A DNA stretch of 63,467 bases, counting the filler, from Octopus bimaculoides (Eukaryota), in NCBI RefSeq assembly GCF_001194135.2. It is 5 parts of 4 records of this genome, joined end to end, with 100 filler letters (N's around TTAATTAATTAA, not from the genome) between each part and the next. Parts side by side here need not be neighbours in the genome. Positions count along the whole stretch, not along the records: positions 54,261 to 63,467 come from NC_068990.1; 4 more parts are not named here. One strand, 5' to 3'. The notes under the pieces are model-generated. The model was not told the origin of the DNA. It was given only the letters and a program-made list of their open reading frames with translations, and did not search any database. This document shows positions 59,045 through 63,467 of this stretch, one piece after another. Numbering within the stretch: the stretch's first letter is position 1; every line of letters begins with the position of its first letter. The position numbers and the translations under genes were made by a program.

Positions 59045-59640
59045 TTCCTTCAATATTGTTTTCATCTCTTGCAGAGTGTCTTCTTCCAGACATCTAGAGC
59101 AAGCAAACTCACTGTATACATCGGAAGGCCGTTAAAATAAACACACAAGATTGTTCATTTAAAACGTTAAGTTATGTGATAGAAGAAAAGGCAAAATAGA
59201 AAACAGAGAAAAGAAAAAAAAATGAAAAAAAAGAAAACAAAGAAAAAAGGGGGGAAAGGAAAGAAAATTCACGATAACGCTCTTCTCAAAACGTGTGGTG
59301 TACCAATTAAAACAATCTTTTGCACTTTTTGTATGGATGAGAAGCCAGAGATCATTCCCAAATACTTTTCAGTTCCTATTTTGACCATTCCTAATGCTCC
59401 TACAATCACTGGTATTGTAACCGTCTTGAGATGCCACATTTTGTCTTTCGATTTCATTAAGCAAACCTTTATATCTTCTCAGCTTGTCGAATTCATTTGC
59501 CGAGATATTATAACAAGGATTCCTCATTGTTTTGGCCTTTCACAACAATATCCGGTTTATTAGTTTTGATGGTTCTGTCTGTGTGTACTGTACTGGGGAG
59601 TCCCAAAGAATCGTTACATTTACTTCCTCAGTTACAGCCT
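59045..59640 (-). mobile_element. 3' end of an R4/Dong-like LINE (RLE remnant and 3'UTR)
   Basis: KMWHLKTVTIPVIVGALGMVK...VQKIVLIGTPHVLRRALS*. Confidence 0.82.
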
Positions 59641-60379
59641 CAAAGTGGTGCTTATACCATTTGTCAGCAGTTTTGATTTTATAATGCCGAAATATTATTA
59701 TTATTATTATTATTATTCATATACACACAACATATTAGACTGTTGGAAAAGAAAAATTCCTAACATCGGCAAACAAGTAAACTTAGATGCCAAGAATCCT
59801 CCTAAGTATCATAGCTGTCCCAAATAACTCTTTTCTGAAGCTGTATTAAACTGGGTTTTATTCCTATGTCCTTTATCCGTCTATTCAGATCTTTAAGGAT
59901 AGTTCTCGATGTACCTATAACTACTGGGATACATTTTACCCGCTCTTTCCATAGTCTCTGTAATTCAATAACTAGATCCTGGTACTTCGCTGTTTTTCTA
60001 TATTTCTCATACTAATGTTTTCATCATTTGGGACAGTAAAATCTATTATCTGGCACTTTCTATCCTCTTTACTAATACTAAATCAGGCCTCTTAGCTTCC
60101 ATTACTCAGTCAGTTTGAACGTTGAATTCCCACATCTTATATTTCTTACTTTCTAGTACTTTACTAGGTTCGCGCTCATGCCATTTATCAGTATGTTCAA
60201 ATCCTAGCTTTCTACATAGCTCTCACTGGATTATTATCACTAGATTGTCATGTCTTTTCTTGTATTTTTCTGTGCCATCATGCTACATTTACTTACTATG
60301 TGAGTAACGCTTTCCTCTTTTGATTTGCATAATCAACATTGGGAATCTACTTGGTTTTTGTCTATCTTGGCTTTTATCC

Positions 60380-60764
60380 GTTGTTGTTGGCACTCCGTCG
60401 CTTACGACGTCGAGGGTTCCAGTTGATCCGATCAGCGGAACAGCCTGCTCGTGAAATTAACGTGCAAGTGGCTAAGCACTCCACAGACACGTGTACCCTT
60501 AACGTAGTTCTCGGGGAGATTCAGCGTGATACAGTGTGACAAGGCTGACCCTTTGAATTACAGGCACAACAGAAACAGGAAGTAAGAGTGAGATAAAGTT
60601 GTGTTGAAAGAGTACAGCAAGGTTCGCCACCATCCCCCGCAGAGCCTCGTGGAGCTTTAGGTTTTTTCGCTCAATAAACACTCACAACGCCCGGTCTGGA
60701 AATCGAAACCGCGATCCTATGACAGCGAGTCCGCTGCCCTAACCACTGGGCCATTGCGCCTCCA
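60380..60764 (-). mobile_element. Full-length SINE family S3 with (CAA)n tail
   Basis: tRNA-like head GGCGCAATGGCCCAGTGGTTAGG...GGTTTCGATT; TSD CTTTTATCC at 60371-60379 and 60765-60773. Confidence 0.92.
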
Positions 60765-61688
60765 CTTTTATCCAAATAGTCCTTAATGGTTGATTTTGTG
60801 CAGCTGCTGACAAACTTTCTATCTCCCTCTTCGGCTTTCCTTCCTGCAACAATAATCATGTCTCACTACAGCTATTTGCTATAACTATCTTTGGGAAATA
60901 TACAACGCAAAACCATCTCCTGCAAGTCAGATAACTTTTGTTCTTTTTTCTGATTTTTAACTTCGCTTGTTTTTTTTTTTGTTTGTTTGTTTGGTTTTGG
61001 GGGTTTTTTTTTGTTTCCCTACATCTTGTTGTGACTCTAGCAGCTTTTAATAAACTTTTAATAAACTTTCTTCACTATTATCCACATAGGAGTCCATATC
61101 TTCTATAGCAAACTCCACGCAGTTTTCTGATGATGTTGACCTTCTTCCACCTTCCTTTCTAGGAAAGTATAATCTTGCTGCTCCTGCCCTTGGGTGAAGT
61201 CCTCCATTCATATTAAATTCCTTCCTAGTTCTTCTGTCTTGTTTACTAATTCAGTTTTCGTCCAATCTACAAAAGTTGCTGAGTATCTAAGTAATGATAC
61301 TGCCCAAGTATTTACAGCCATCACTAGATTCGGACCATTTAGCTTTAATTTCATTAGCTTCCTCGCACTTCTGATATACTCCTCAATTTTCTCTTTCATT
61401 TCTGTAGTTAGCACTCTGTCAGATTCTAATACTCCTAGATACATATAACTCTCTCCTTCTTTCAATGATTTTAATGTCCGGTCATCTGGTAATTGGATGC
61501 CTTCGCTGTTGACTACCTTGCCCCTTCCCATGACTAATATTGCACAATTACCTAATGCAAAATTCCATGCCTATATCTTCGCTGAAGTGTCTTACAGTCT
61601 CTACTAAGGAATCTATCTCTTTTTCATTCTTACTAAAAAGCTTCAAATCATCCATGTCGAGCAAATGGTTAATTTTTCCATTACTATA

Positions 61689-62180
61689 AGCGCAGGAGTG
61701 GCTGTGTGGTAAGGAGCTCGCTTCCCAACCACATGGTTCTGGAATCAGCCCCACTACGTGGCACCTTGGGCAAGTGTCTTCTACTATAGCCTCGGGCCGA
61801 CCAAAGCCTTGTGAGTGGATTTGGTAGGCGGAAACTGAAAGTCCGTCGTATATATNNNNNNNNNNNNNNNNNNNNNNNNNNNNNNNNNNNNNNNNNNNNN
61901 NNNNNNNNNNNNNNNNNNNNNNNNNNNNNNNNNNNNNNNNNNNNNNNATATATGTCTGTATGTATGTGTGTGTTTGTTATTTGTGTCTGTGTCTGTCCCT
62001 CCACCATCGCTTGACAACCGATGTTGGTGTGTTTACGTCCCCGTAGCTTAGCAGTTCGGCAAAAGAAACCGATAGAATAAGTACAAAAAATAAGTCTTGG
62101 GGTCGATTTGTTCGACTAAAGGTGGCGCTCCAGCATGGCCACAGTCAAATGACTGAAACAAGTAAAAGAATAAACGAATA
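61689..62180 (+). mobile_element. Full-length SINE family S2 inserted into the RT of copy H
   Basis: Colinear with 32140-32536; short TSD TACTAT at 61682-61687 and 62179-62184. Confidence 0.9.
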
Positions 62181-63304
62181 CTATTTTTGAACTGATATCC
62201 TGTCTTTGCCTTCCTTAATACTAAACTGAAGGGGATCAAACATAAGACAAATATTAAAGGGGACATCGAGTCCTCCTAAAAAATTCCTCTTTTGATATTA
62301 ACTTTCCCTAAGAGTGTGTCATCTGAATAGAGATCTTCTTTCCATTTCTTCATGCTAACGCTAATTAATTCTCTTATGGTGTGTGCTATACTGAATATAC
62401 TCAAACATTCACAAAACCATTCTTATAATCTACCCATGCTATTGTTAGATTTTTCTTTCTAGGTTTTACTTCATTTAGAACTGCTTTGTTTATGTATAAT
62501 AGATCAAGCATTCATTTAGCCTTCTTCCTGCAACCTTTCAGTTCTTCAGGCAATAAATTCTGGTTGTCAAGGTGCTCGTGAATGCTTTCTGAAAGCATTC
62601 CTGTTAACAGCTTCCATACTAATGATAAGCAAGTGACTGGCCTATAATTGCTAACTGTATTACCCTTGCTCTTTCATGACGAGTATTGTCCTCCTAGTTA
62701 TCCAATCTAGCATTATTCCTCCATTAAGGTAATCCTGAAGTTGTTCCCTCAGCCTCCCATGTAAACTGCTAAAATTCTTTAGTCAGTACCCTTGAACTGA
62801 ATCTGGTCCTGGGCCTTTCCAATTCGGCATCTTTCCTAACACTTTACTCATTAATTCACTAGTTAATCTTAGATCTGGCTGCTTCTTACTCACTACTTCT
62901 TCTCTCACTTTCTTTAGCCATACTGCATCTCCATTATGAATGACTGGTTTATTCCAAATATTACTCCAGAACTTTCTAGCTTCTGCATTAGGTATCTCAT
63001 CTTCAGTACTCTCTCCTCTACTATTTATTTAGTTATAAAAATCCCCTCTGGTCTGTCTCAAATAATCTATTCTGTTGATACTGATCTATTCTTTTCTGAT
63101 ATCTGGAGAGCTTGCCTGCTACCGCTGTGATACGCTGTTTCATCTCTTCTATTACTGTCCCAAATCCTTTCTTTTTATCTAAGTATATTTTCTCGAGGGA
63201 AGATTTGCATCTTGTATTTCCTAACTTGTTTCTTTTCCAGATCTTGTCTTAAAGTCTTCACTTTATTTTGTAGCCTCCTTCCACATTTGCTTTCTTAATC
63301 ATTC

Positions 63305-63467
<163 letters not shown>

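Larger units (their letters stand above)
59718..63300 (-). mobile_element. R4/Dong-like LINE copy H, long, same subfamily as copy C, interrupted by two SINEs
   Basis: PNWKGPGPD; NYRPVTCL; KRGIF*EDSMSPLIFVLCLIP; HLLDMDDLKLF; CIPVVIG; 3'UTR GGAGGATTCTTGGCATCTAAG shared with 7501-7521; (AAT)n tail 59717-59695. Confidence 0.9.

Noticed and set aside
60690-60764. Possible tRNA gene (also 53300-53372, 32140-32215, 39470-39545)
   Set aside because: These are tRNA-like heads attached to SINE bodies with tails or TSDs and lack a proper cloverleaf.

Overview
Repeat-saturated, AT-rich eukaryotic draft scaffold with many N-gaps, four of them carrying a TTAATTAATTAA linker. The SINE families and the microsatellite density suggest an octopod cephalopod (inferred from family resemblance, not searched). 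No host gene can be called with confidence, and nearly all long ORFs in the track are microsatellite or N-gap artefacts. The window is mostly decayed mobile DNA. It holds about 17 pieces of R4/Dong-like RLE-type LINEs sitting in (AAT)n arrays, four tRNA-derived SINE families and an unclassified ~540-bp (AAT)n-embedded repeat. It also holds L1/Tx1-like, RTE, Hero and Penelope-like fragments, a BEL/Pao remnant carrying a hAT that itself carries a SINE, mariner/maT fragments and Helitron/Helentron-like elements. The best leads are five. (1) Two retroelement sets appear to use the same (AAT)n/(ATT)n arrays with opposite strand polarity; the ~540-bp repeat may be an R4/Dong 5'UTR derivative, and one SINE family shares its 3' end with a LINE-like terminus. 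(2) Two minimal type-I hammerhead-ribozyme-like motifs with the same unusual extra A lie in Penelope-like terminal repeats. (3) A ~1-kb palindrome is made of two Helentron-like arms sharing one terminal hairpin. (4) A 29-bp-stem hairpin lies at 15.6 kb. (5) A possible small secreted-protein gene lies at 48-49.4 kb. Element boundaries were read by eye and are approximate (about +/-20 bp unless a TSD or TIR is given).
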